Assembly (NCBI RefSeq): GCF_046463815.1
Contig: NZ_JBKBRO010000019.1
Coordinates: forward strand, 8,356-72,355
Length of the DNA: 64,000 nt
Origin: Phenylobacterium sp.
GTDB lineage: Bacteria > Pseudomonadota > Alphaproteobacteria > Caulobacterales > Caulobacteraceae
Direction of reading: 5' to 3'
Part shown: positions 1 through 7,641 of the stretch, piece after piece
Numbering within the stretch: the first letter of the stretch is position 1
How the letters are laid out: each line of letters starts with the position of its first letter
Position numbers and translations under genes: made by a program
Notes under the pieces: generated by a model
Told to the model about the DNA's origin: nothing
What the model saw: only the letters and a program-made list of their open reading frames with translations
The model's database searches: none

Positions 1-143
1 GCCTTGCGGCGCACCAGGATCGAGCAGCGGGTGCGGTGGTTCTTCGGATTGGCGGGGTCGCAGACGCCCCACTCGCCGTCGGCCCGCGGCACGCCGCCGG
101 ACGAGCCGCAGCCCAGGATCACGATCTCGATGAGGCCGCTCAC
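1..143 (-). CDS. MBL-fold metallo-hydrolase, N-terminal fragment (gene runs off the window start)
   Basis: Minus-strand translation from GTG at 143 reads VSGLIEIVILGCGSSGGVPRADGEWGVCDPANPKNHRTRCSILVRR, a PhnP/MBL-type N-terminus. GTGA start/stop overlap with the tatD stop at 140-142. Confidence 0.6.
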   Translation of the reverse strand, partial: MSGLIEIVILGCGSSGGVPRADGEWGVCDPANPKNHRTRCSILVRRK

Positions 144-916
144 GGCCGGGGAATCCGATCGAACAGCGCGAAGAAGGCGTCCTCGGTGCGGGCCTCGGCC
201 TCTTCCAGCGTCCAGCCGCGGATTTCGGCCAGCTTGGCCAGGATGGGCGGCAGGAAGGCCGGTTCGTTGCGGCGGCCCCGATAAGGGACCGGCGCCAGAT
301 AGGGGCAGTCGGTCTCCAGGATGATCCGCTCGGCCGGCATGTCGCGGATGAGCGCCCGGACATCGTCCGCGGCCTTGAAGGTGGCGATCCCCGAGACCGA
401 GAACCAGGCCCCAAGGTCGGCCGCCCGCCGCGCGAGCTCCGCGCCCGATGTGTAGCAGTGCATCAGGATCCGGAAGGCGCCGCGGGCGTACTCCTCCTCC
501 AGAATTCGGCCCATGACCTCGTCGGCCTCGCGGGTGTGGACCACCAGCGGCAGCCCCGTCTCGCGGGCGGCCTCGCAGTGGACCCGGAAGACCTTCGCCT
601 GGATGTCCCTGGGACTGAGGTCGTAGTGGAAGTCGAGGCCGCACTCGCCGATCCCCACGACCCGCGGGTCCTGAGCGATGTCGACGAGCGTCCGGGCCGA
701 AAGGTCCGGGTTCTCCTTGGCCTCGTGCGGGTGCGTGCCCACTGTGCACCAGATGTCCGGATGCATGGCCACGGCCCGGACCTTGTCGTAGTTGGACACC
801 CGGTCGCAGATGTTGACCATCAGGCGCACGCCCGCCGCCAGCGCCCGGCTGATGACCGCCTCACGGTCGTCGTCGAATTGAGGTGCGTGCAGGTTGACGT
901 GGCTGTCGATCAGCAT
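140..916 (-). CDS. tatD: TatD-family metal-dependent hydrolase/DNase
   Basis: 258-aa ORF with N-terminal IDSHVNLH metal motif and TatD/YcfH-like sequence throughout. Confidence 0.9.
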   Translation of the reverse strand: MLIDSHVNLHAPQFDDDREAVISRALAAGVRLMVNICDRVSNYDKVRAVAMHPDIWCTVGTHPHEAKENPDLSARTLVDIAQDPRVVGIGECGLDFHYDLSPRDIQAKVFRVHCEAARETGLPLVVHTREADEVMGRILEEEYARGAFRILMHCYTSGAELARRAADLGAWFSVSGIATFKAADDVRALIRDMPAERIILETDCPYLAPVPYRGRRNEPAFLPPILAKLAEIRGWTLEEAEARTEDAFFALFDRIPRP

Positions 917-923
917 GGGGTCG

Positions 924-1925
924 TTAGGCCTGGGCGGCCTGCTTCAGTTCCGTAAGCGCGGCGAACAGCGCGTCGGTGCGGTCGAGGTTCAGCGCCTCGA
1001 CCTCGCGCGGGAGGCGCTGGAGCGTCTCCCACGCCTGGGCCCAGCGATCAAGCGATCCCATCCCCTGGTTCGCCCGCTCGGTCGCCATGTCGTGGAGGCG
1101 GTCGGCCAGCCGGTCGAACAGCAGGGCGAAGGCCTGCGGCCCCTCGCCGCCCCGGAACTTCTCGGCCAGCAGCAGCGCGCGGGCCTCGTCGACCTTGGGC
1201 AACTCGGCCAGCAGATCGCGGGCGGCGTCGTCCACGGCGATGGCCTGGGCTGCGGCGAGGGCCAGGGCGCGGCCCGGCGCGCCGCCCGCCATGCTGGCCA
1301 GGCGCAGCGATTCCTCGACGTTCACATCCGCGCGGGTCCGCACGAACTCGGCCGCCTCCTCCAATTCCAGGGGCCGGAACGCCAGGCGGCGGCAGCGCGA
1401 GCGGATGGTGGCCAGCAGTCGCCCCGGCGAATGGGAGATCATCAGCAGGATGCCCCGGGGCGGCGGCTCCTCCAGGGTCTTCAGGATGGCGTTGGCGGCG
1501 TTGACGTTCAGGTCGTCGGCCGCGTCGATGATCGCCACCCGGTGCGGCGCGCTGGCCGGCGACTTGGAGAAGAACTCGCCCAGGCGCCGGGCGTCCTCCA
1601 CCGGGATCACCTTGCGCGGCTTGCCGTCGGGCCCCTCGCGCTCCAGCACCATGAGGTCCGGATGGCTGCGGGCGGCGACCTGCCGGCTCACCGGGTGGTC
1701 GGGGCTCGCGCCCAGGGTCCCATAGGCGGGCGCCGGCGGCGCGCCCAGCAGGCGGCGCGCGGCGCGATAGGCGAAGGTGGCCTTGCCGACCCCTTCCGGT
1801 CCGGACAGCAGCCAGGCGTGATGCAGGCGGCCACGCGCCCTGGCGTCCTCGAAGGCCGCTTCGGCGGCCTCCTGGCCCTCCAGGCCGTAGACGTCGCGGG
1901 GATGGGGAACGGCGAACTCAGCCAT
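924..1925 (-). CDS. holB: DNA polymerase III subunit delta-prime
   Basis: 333-aa ORF with clamp-loader P-loop-like SGPEGVGKAT. Lies in tmk-holB-tatD order and overlaps tmk by 8 nt. Confidence 0.85.
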   Translation of the reverse strand: MAEFAVPHPRDVYGLEGQEAAEAAFEDARARGRLHHAWLLSGPEGVGKATFAYRAARRLLGAPPAPAYGTLGASPDHPVSRQVAARSHPDLMVLEREGPDGKPRKVIPVEDARRLGEFFSKSPASAPHRVAIIDAADDLNVNAANAILKTLEEPPPRGILLMISHSPGRLLATIRSRCRRLAFRPLELEEAAEFVRTRADVNVEESLRLASMAGGAPGRALALAAAQAIAVDDAARDLLAELPKVDEARALLLAEKFRGGEGPQAFALLFDRLADRLHDMATERANQGMGSLDRWAQAWETLQRLPREVEALNLDRTDALFAALTELKQAAQA

Positions 1926-2556
1926 GGACCGCGAGCCGTTCGGCCACCGCCTGCCAGACGGCGGCCTCCACGGCGTCCATGTCCGCCGACGCGTCGATCA
2001 CCGCGCAACGCCCAGGCTCGGCCGCGGCGATGGCGCGGAAGCCGTCGCGCAGGCGCTGATGGAAGGCCATGCCCTTGGATTCGAACCGCATCTCGGCGCC
2101 TTCGGCCCGGGCGTGGGCCCGCTCCAGCCCCACCTCGGGCGGCAGGTCGAAGACGAGGGTCAGGTCTGGGCGGACATCCTGGAGCACATGGACCTCCAGC
2201 GCCGCGATCAGGTCGGGGTCGGTCCCGCCGGCCGCGCCCTGGTAGGCGCGCGTGGAGTCGGCGAAGCGGTCGGAGATCACCCAGGCCCCCCGCGCCAACG
2301 CCGGGCGGATCACCCGCTCGATGTGATCCCGGCGGGCGGCGTACATCAGCAGCGTCTCGGTGACCGGGCTCCAGCGGTCGGCGTCGCCGTTCAGCACGAG
2401 GTTGCGGATGCTCTCGGCGCCGGGCGAGCCGCCGGGCTCGCGCGTCGTCACCACCTCATGGCCGCGGGCGCGCAGGCGCACGGCCAGGCGCTTCACCTGG
2501 GTGGATTTCCCGGCGCCCTCGCCGCCTTCGAAAGTGATGAACCGCCCGCGCGACAC
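1918..2556 (-). CDS. tmk: dTMP (thymidylate) kinase
   Basis: 212-aa ORF; FITFEGGEGAGKST P-loop and thymidylate kinase family sequence. Confidence 0.93.
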   Translation of the reverse strand: MSRGRFITFEGGEGAGKSTQVKRLAVRLRARGHEVVTTREPGGSPGAESIRNLVLNGDADRWSPVTETLLMYAARRDHIERVIRPALARGAWVISDRFADSTRAYQGAAGGTDPDLIAALEVHVLQDVRPDLTLVFDLPPEVGLERAHARAEGAEMRFESKGMAFHQRLRDGFRAIAAAEPGRCAVIDASADMDAVEAAVWQAVAERLAVHG

Positions 2557-2587
2557 GGGGCCAAAATGGCCCGTTCGCCGCAGAAGT

Positions 2588-3490
2588 CTAGAAGGCGCGA
2601 ACGACGCGGGCGTCCGCGAAGCCGATCTCGGCCACGCGATCCCGCAGGGCGAACGCCTCGGCCTCGTCGGCCGGGGCCGTCAGCATGACGCGGTAGAGGA
2701 TAAGCCCGTCCCGTTCCAGCGGTTCGATCACGGCCTGACCGGCGGGCGACAGCAGGCCTACGGCGCGTTTGGCGTTGGCCTCGTTGGCGAAGGCGGCCGC
2801 CTGAATCCGCAGGCCGCTGGCGACGGTGACGATGGGCGCCTGGGCCGCCGGCGCGAGCGCCTGGGCGGTCACCGTCTGGGGCGGCGGGGGAAGCGCCGCG
2901 GCGATCTCGAAGGTCGCGTCCGGCGCGGGCTGCACGATCTTCGGCGGCGGCTCCACCGGACTGGCCGAGGCGAACCGCACGCCGGCGTCGCGGCCCAGAA
3001 GCGGCGCAGGCCCCACATAGCGCACGCGCACGCGGGCCACGCCCTGCCGCTCGTAGCCGAGCTGGCGCGCCGCCTCGCGGGAGAGGTCGATGATCCGGTC
3101 GCCCACGAACGGCCCGCGGTCGTTCACCCGCACCTGGATCTTCCGGCCGTTCTCCAGGTTGGTCACCTCGACAATGGAGGGCAGCGGCAAGGTGGTGTGG
3201 GCGGCGGACGGCAGGTTCATGTCGAACAGCTCGCCATTGGCCGTGGTCTTCATGTGGAAGGCGTCGCCGTACCAGGAGCCGACGCCGATCTCGTCGTAGT
3301 TCGGCTGCTCCCTGGGGACGTACCAGACGCCCCCCACCTGATAGGGCTTGCCGACCTTGTAGCCGCCCGGCTTGGAAGGAGCCTGGGCCGTGGCGCCGGG
3401 ACGGGCGGCGTAGCGCGGCGTCACGCAGGCGGCCAGCGAAACGCCCGCCAGGAGGATCACCGCCAAGTTCAGGGTGTGCTTCGCCGCCAT
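2588..3490 (-). CDS. rlpA: septal ring lytic transglycosylase RlpA family protein with SPOR-like C-terminus
   Basis: 300-aa ORF with lipoprotein-like N-terminus (LLAGVSLAAC) and a DPBB core (GSWYGDAFHMKTTANGE...RVNDRGPF). Confidence 0.85.
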   Translation of the reverse strand: MAAKHTLNLAVILLAGVSLAACVTPRYAARPGATAQAPSKPGGYKVGKPYQVGGVWYVPREQPNYDEIGVGSWYGDAFHMKTTANGELFDMNLPSAAHTTLPLPSIVEVTNLENGRKIQVRVNDRGPFVGDRIIDLSREAARQLGYERQGVARVRVRYVGPAPLLGRDAGVRFASASPVEPPPKIVQPAPDATFEIAAALPPPPQTVTAQALAPAAQAPIVTVASGLRIQAAAFANEANAKRAVGLLSPAGQAVIEPLERDGLILYRVMLTAPADEAEAFALRDRVAEIGFADARVVRAF

Positions 3491-3600
3491 GCCGCCTTCC
3501 CCGCGTTCGACCGGCGAGCTTGCCGGCCAAGGCTTGCGACAGGGTTAACGGAGGGTTGCGGTGGAGCCGCCTGCCCGCCCCTGCTATAGGCGCCAGCTCC

Positions 3601-3690
3601 GGATGGGTGGCCGAGTGGTTTAAGGCAGCGGTCTTGAAAACCGCCGTAGGTGAGAGCCTACCGAGGGTTCGAATCCCTCCCCGTCCGCCA
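3601..3690 (+). tRNA. tRNA-Ser (anticodon UGA), 90 nt including encoded CCA
   Basis: Hand-folded cloverleaf. Acceptor GGATGGG/CCCGTCC has one U4.G69 wobble. Anticodon arm GCGGT-CTTGAAA-ACCGC, long variable arm, T arm GAGGG-TTCGAAT-CCCTC. Confidence 0.92.
3626..3690. repeat. attL: tRNA-Ser 3' portion repeated at 7548-7612 (identical core 3633-3652)
   Basis: Hand alignment gives 59/65 identity to 7548-7612. The 20-nt perfect block is CTTGAAAACCGCCGTAGGTG. Confidence 0.85.
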
Positions 3691-3812
3691 GTTTTCCCTT
3701 GTGGAATAAGGGGTTGGGTCTGCGTCCGCTTCTGGCGGGCCTCTGAACGAAGATGAATATCGCCTTCGGCGGGGACGATTTGGGACAATCGGCTCCGGAA
3801 ACAGAGAGACTG

Positions 3813-4886
3813 ATGACCACCACCAAGACCCCCGACCCCGGCATCTACAAGCGCGGGCCGAAGCAGTACCAAGTGAAAATCCGCCGGAACGGCGTTTCGG
3901 TGAGCCGGACGTTTGAGACGATGGCGGACGCCCGCCGCTGGCGGAGCGTCCAGGTCGGCAAGATCGTCGCCCACGAGTTCGTGGACAAGTCGAAGGAGCG
4001 ACGGACGCTTCTCTCTACCGTGCTCGACGAATACCTCGTTCGCGTCACTCCCAAGAAGAAGGGGCGGCGGCAGGAGGAGAACCGCATCAAGGCGTGGATG
4101 CGAACCGACTTGGCGAATTACCCCATCGGCGGGATCGAACGGTCGGACATCGCCGAGTGGATCGAAAGCCGGATGGCCGATGGCAAGGCGCCCAGCACGG
4201 TTTGCAACGAGATCAACCTGCTCTCTGCCGTGTTCAAGAAGGCGGCTGACTGGGGCTTCCGGATCGAGAACCCTTGCCGTGAAGTAGAACGTCCGAAGCA
4301 GCGACCGGCCCGGTTTGCCACCCTCGACGCGGACGAGAAGGCCAAACTGCTGAAGGCGTGCGCTCGCGGGCCGAATTGGCTGCCCTACGTAGTTCGCCTC
4401 GCTCTCACCACGGGAATGCGGCAAGGCGAAATCCGCCGCCTTAACTGGGGCCATATCCACAGGACGTGGTTGCACCTCCCCGAAACGAAGAACGGGGAAC
4501 CGCGAGACGTGCCCCTCACCCGTGAAGCTGAACAGGTGATCGAAGACATCAGGCGCGACCTGCCGCGCCGGTTGAACGGCTGGGTCTTTGGCGACCCGGA
4601 TCGCCTCTCCGCCGATGGCGGGTTCACCGAGTGGCAGGTTCAGCAAGCGTATCGGGACGCCGCCATATGGGCCGAAGAGCATCTTGGCTTGGAGCGTCGG
4701 ACGTTTCACGACCTTCGCCACGTCGCCCTGACCGCGTTGGCCGCCTATCACGACAACGTCCTGACGTTGCAGCGGACCAGCGGCCACAAGACGGTGGCCG
4801 TTCTCAGCCGGTACATCAACTTGAAGCCCGAGGATGCGGCCCGGATGGTCCGAGATCGCGAGGCGGCCCACAAGGCGTCGGCATGA
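3813..4886 (+). CDS. int: tyrosine-type site-specific integrase
   Basis: The 377-aa ORF is trimmed to the ATG at 3813 (MTTTKTPDPGIYKR). Catalytic set present: R (TGMRQGE), K (TKNG), HDLRH, GHKT, and Y in SRYI. Sits 122 nt downstream of tRNA-Ser. Confidence 0.9.
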   Translation: MTTTKTPDPGIYKRGPKQYQVKIRRNGVSVSRTFETMADARRWRSVQVGKIVAHEFVDKSKERRTLLSTVLDEYLVRVTPKKKGRRQEENRIKAWMRTDLANYPIGGIERSDIAEWIESRMADGKAPSTVCNEINLLSAVFKKAADWGFRIENPCREVERPKQRPARFATLDADEKAKLLKACARGPNWLPYVVRLALTTGMRQGEIRRLNWGHIHRTWLHLPETKNGEPRDVPLTREAEQVIEDIRRDLPRRLNGWVFGDPDRLSADGGFTEWQVQQAYRDAAIWAEEHLGLERRTFHDLRHVALTALAAYHDNVLTLQRTSGHKTVAVLSRYINLKPEDAARMVRDREAAHKASA

Positions 4887-5145
4887 TCCGGCCCAGCCAG
4901 TGGTACCGGCTCGCCTGAATGCAGAAGCGAAGCTGGTCTAGCCCCGTCCGGAAGCCGAAGTCGGCTCGCCCGTCCGCCGCGAAGGTGCGGCAGACGTGCG
5001 CGCCACGAAGGTGCTTCTCGCACCACTTCCGCGCGCGCCAATAGTCAAGCGTATCGGCTTCAGAGGTGAAGTCGCAACGCATCGACACCCAAGACGTGAT
5101 CAGAGACCAGTTATACACCATAGGAACTCTTGTAATTCCATCCAT
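4816..5145 (-). CDS. hypothetical protein (109 aa), last gene of the element operon
   Basis: The ATG at 5145-5143 overlaps the Rep-like stop (ATGA). Hand count over 4981-5038 gives 18/20 G/C at third codon positions in this frame against 12/20 in each of the other two phases. The 3' end overlaps int convergently by 71 nt. Confidence 0.45.
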   Translation of the reverse strand: MDGITRVPMVYNWSLITSWVSMRCDFTSEADTLDYWRARKWCEKHLRGAHVCRTFAADGRADFGFRTGLDQLRFCIQASRYHWLGRIMPTPCGPPRDLGPSGPHPRASS

Positions 5146-6086
5146 CAGAACACACACGGCATCGCACCGTACTCGTCTGTGGGATCGTGTTTGCATGTGG
5201 CATCAGACGTGGTGATTCCGGAATCAAGAATAGATGATTCCCGATACATGACCTCGCTAATCCGGTTCGAATGCCAACCCGCTGACGGTCGGCAAGTGAA
5301 CCTCGTCCGTTGGAAGCTCTTCGACCAGCCGAGATGCCAGTTCTCGTACGCGGCCACCCATTCCGCAGGCCAGACTTGGTACTGGTTGCCCAGCAGGTTC
5401 CACCGGCTCCGCTTGATGGCGTAACGGGTCGTGCAGAACAGGCTCTTGGCCTTGCTGAAGCCCTTGTAGAAGGGCCGCACGTCCACTTGGCCGGGCAGGC
5501 TCCACCGCGAAGCAAAGGCGGCCCTGAACTCCTGATATTCGAGCCGATGTAAGCCCACGACCGCATGGATTGTCGGGAAGAAGACCGGATGCTGGCCGCT
5601 CATTTGCGGGGCGAGCGCGGCGGTCAGGGCGCCGCGCTCAATACCGATCATCGACAACTGGGACCCGGCCAAAGCGTCGGTTTCCAGCCACCCCGTCAAC
5701 CGAACGCCATCCCACCGAGTGCTCTGGGAGCGTTCCCGGCGGAAGATGTACGAGATCGCGGTTCGGGCCTTATCCACGACACCAGCGATTTGGGACGGCT
5801 CCTCCACGGCGTCGAGCACGACGGTCGCGAAGGCCATCTGCTCCTTGGAATAAGGGGCGAAGTGAACCGCGTTGCGCCGGAATTGCTCCTTCGCGTAACG
5901 GCGCCCGCAATGGCGGCAGGAGACCTGACGGCACACCCAGAAGCGACCGTCCGGATAGGTCCCACATCGGCGAAGGTTGGCGAGCACGTCTGACGTGGCC
6001 GGGAGGGTGCTTTCGAAGCGCGTCTGTGCCTCGTCTTGGAGCGCGACAATGTCCGGCCACGTCAGCCGGGAATCTGACCACGTCAT
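5145..6086 (-). CDS. rolling-circle replication initiator / HUH-type relaxase candidate (distant pC194 Rep_1-like)
   Basis: 313-aa ORF. Has CRQVSCRHC (C-x4-C-x2-C, 5907-5933), FFPTIHAVV in place of the HUH motif (5565-5573), and TTRYAIK Tyr motif (5412-5426), in the same order as in pC194 Rep as recalled from memory. Confidence 0.5.
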   Translation of the reverse strand: MTWSDSRLTWPDIVALQDEAQTRFESTLPATSDVLANLRRCGTYPDGRFWVCRQVSCRHCGRRYAKEQFRRNAVHFAPYSKEQMAFATVVLDAVEEPSQIAGVVDKARTAISYIFRRERSQSTRWDGVRLTGWLETDALAGSQLSMIGIERGALTAALAPQMSGQHPVFFPTIHAVVGLHRLEYQEFRAAFASRWSLPGQVDVRPFYKGFSKAKSLFCTTRYAIKRSRWNLLGNQYQVWPAEWVAAYENWHLGWSKSFQRTRFTCRPSAGWHSNRISEVMYRESSILDSGITTSDATCKHDPTDEYGAMPCVF

Positions 6087-6367
6087 GAGCCCGGTTGGGC
6101 CAGGGCGCGGCTTGCCGCCGCGACCTGGCCATTCACTTTCTGCATGGTCTGTTGGTAGGAGGCAGACGCGGCCTGCTTTCGCCGGTTGGCGTCGTAGCTC
6201 GCCTGTCGGCTGCGCTTTTCGGCCTCGCCCGCCCGTTGCACGGCGTTCTGGTACTTACGACTGGCCTCAGCCCGCTTGTGAGCGGCCCCGGCGATCTGTT
6301 CTCGCGCGCCAGCGTACGTCTCCGACTGCACGCCGCCTGCTTCTCCGATGATCTCGATCCAACGCAT
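6083..6367 (-). CDS. hypothetical protein (94 aa, charged/coiled-coil-like)
   Basis: ORF with ATGA overlap onto the downstream Rep-like gene. Starts 8 nt after the AlpA-like stop. No recognisable family. Confidence 0.5.
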   Translation of the reverse strand: MRWIEIIGEAGGVQSETYAGAREQIAGAAHKRAEASRKYQNAVQRAGEAEKRSRQASYDANRRKQAASASYQQTMQKVNGQVAAASRALAQPGS

Positions 6368-6375
6368 AACGCTAG

Positions 6376-6645
6376 TTAGCGAACACGCCCGCGACGGCTG
6401 ATCTCGTCGGCAATCGAGCGGCCTTTCGCCGTGGTACCGGCGGAGTTCGCGGCCTGCTCAAGGGTCTTGATCCACGCCAAGACAGCGTCGAGATCGTAGC
6501 GGACGCAGCCGTTGAACTTCAGCCAAGGGGGGCCTTGGACGGTCGAACCGGGCATACGGGCCTTTTTCAGCATTGAGACGCTGAACAGGTTGGGCAGGGT
6601 GGCGGCAAGTTCCTTGTCGGTGAGGATCGTGGGCAGGTTGGGCAT
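6376..6645 (-). CDS. AlpA/excisionase-like helix-turn-helix DNA-binding protein
   Basis: Trimmed to the internal ATG (MPNLPTILTDKELAATLP...). The pattern LTDKELAA...SMLKKAR...GPPWLKFNGCVRYDLDAVLAWI matches the HTH_17/AlpA layout. Confidence 0.6.
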   Translation of the reverse strand: MPNLPTILTDKELAATLPNLFSVSMLKKARMPGSTVQGPPWLKFNGCVRYDLDAVLAWIKTLEQAANSAGTTAKGRSIADEISRRGRVR

Positions 6646-6797
6646 CGGGTGGTCCAGAGGGTCAGGCCCCGAAGGTACCAAACGGCTGGCCCGAACCCCT
6701 AAATCCACGTAACTGCCGATCCCGAAAATCGACGTTCGGTGGATCAATGGCCATGCGCGAGTTATTCGGCTATCACAGCCGGAACGGGAGAGGCGTG

Positions 6798-7463
6798 ATG
6801 TTCTTGCGGCCGGTTTTCAGCGCGACTGTTGCTCTATCGAGCCTGATTGGCGGGTTCGCCGTCGCGGCTGAACCAGCGGTCCTAGTTTCGAGCGATCTCA
6901 AAGCTTCCATCTCGCAAGCAATCCTCGCAGGGGACTGTGAAAAGGCGAAAGCCGTTGCAGTTGCGGCGGGCCAGTTCGATCTGGCCGAGCAAGCCCTGAG
7001 GCTTTGCACCCCGCGAAGCGGGCCGACCAGCAGGCCAACAGCGATTGCTACGACGCCCCCTGCGGTCGAACAGCCACAGGTTATACGAGCGAACTGGAAG
7101 CAGAAGCCCACAGCCGAACAGGCTTGGGCCTTCTATCCGAAGGCCGGACTTGAGCGGGGCGTTGGCGGCAAGGTCGTAATGACGTGTGTGGTGCTCGAAA
7201 CAGGGCGGACGAGCAACTGTACCGTGATCTCGGAAGACCCACCCGGCCTCGGGTTTGGTGAAGCGGCAACGAAGATTGCCCTCGTGTCGGACTTCACGCC
7301 CACACTCGTTAATGGCACTCCGATTCCGGATACGATCCGGTTTCCGGTCAACTTCAACCCGCCGCCCAAGAACATCATCCAAAATCTGCTCGGCGTGCTG
7401 AGCGGCCAAGAGAACGCTTCCAGTTCACGGGACAAGTTGGGACAATCCGCGCGGAACCAGTAG
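6798..7463 (+). CDS. secreted TonB C-terminal domain protein (no TM anchor or long Pro-rich spacer)
   Basis: ATG at 6798 lies 4 nt after GGGAGAGG. Signal peptide MFLRPVFSATVALSSLIGGFAVAAEP. C-terminal FYPKAGLERGVGGKVVMTCVV...GFGEAATKIA...FTPTLVNGTPI is a TonB_C-type motif. Confidence 0.75.
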   Translation: MFLRPVFSATVALSSLIGGFAVAAEPAVLVSSDLKASISQAILAGDCEKAKAVAVAAGQFDLAEQALRLCTPRSGPTSRPTAIATTPPAVEQPQVIRANWKQKPTAEQAWAFYPKAGLERGVGGKVVMTCVVLETGRTSNCTVISEDPPGLGFGEAATKIALVSDFTPTLVNGTPIPDTIRFPVNFNPPPKNIIQNLLGVLSGQENASSSRDKLGQSARNQ

Positions 7464-7547
7464 GAACCGGACACCACCAATCGAGACCGCTACGATTTCA
7501 AGCGCCCCTTCAGACCCATAGCCCCACTTCACGCCTCTCGGACGAGA

Positions 7548-7612
7548 CAGCGGACTTGAAAACCGCCGTAGGTGGAAGCCTACCGTGGGTTCGAATCCCA
7601 CCCCATCCGCCA
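7548..7612. repeat. attR: displaced native 3' part of tRNA-Ser (anticodon loop to CCA)
   Basis: Ends in CCCATCCGCCA. CCCATCC is perfectly complementary to the 5' acceptor strand GGATGGG at 3601-3607. The T arm GTGGG/CCCAC is self-consistent. Confidence 0.85.
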
Positions 7613-7641
7613 TCGCCCGGCCTTGGCGTTCCGGTCCGACG

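Larger units (their letters stand above)
3633..7574. mobile_element. small (~3.9 kb) tRNA-Ser-integrated element: int, Xis/AlpA-like, Rep-like, two small ORFs, TonB-C cargo
   Basis: Bounded by direct repeats of the tRNA 3' part, with the integrase next to the tRNA. Contains lower-GC stretches and an ATGA-coupled operon not seen as a unit elsewhere in the window. Confidence 0.8.

Noticed and set aside
3620-3844. Two small minus-strand ORFs (3620-3844 and 7425-7613) sharing a GFEP(S/T)VG...HLRRFS(R/S)PL peptide.
   Set aside because: The shared peptide is simply the translation of the repeated tRNA-Ser 3' segment (attL/attR). It is not a duplicated protein gene.
2493-4871. A 792-aa minus-strand ORF spanning rlpA, tRNA-Ser and the integrase.
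   Set aside because: It runs straight through a tRNA gene and is antisense to two well-supported genes. The composition is shadow-frame-like.
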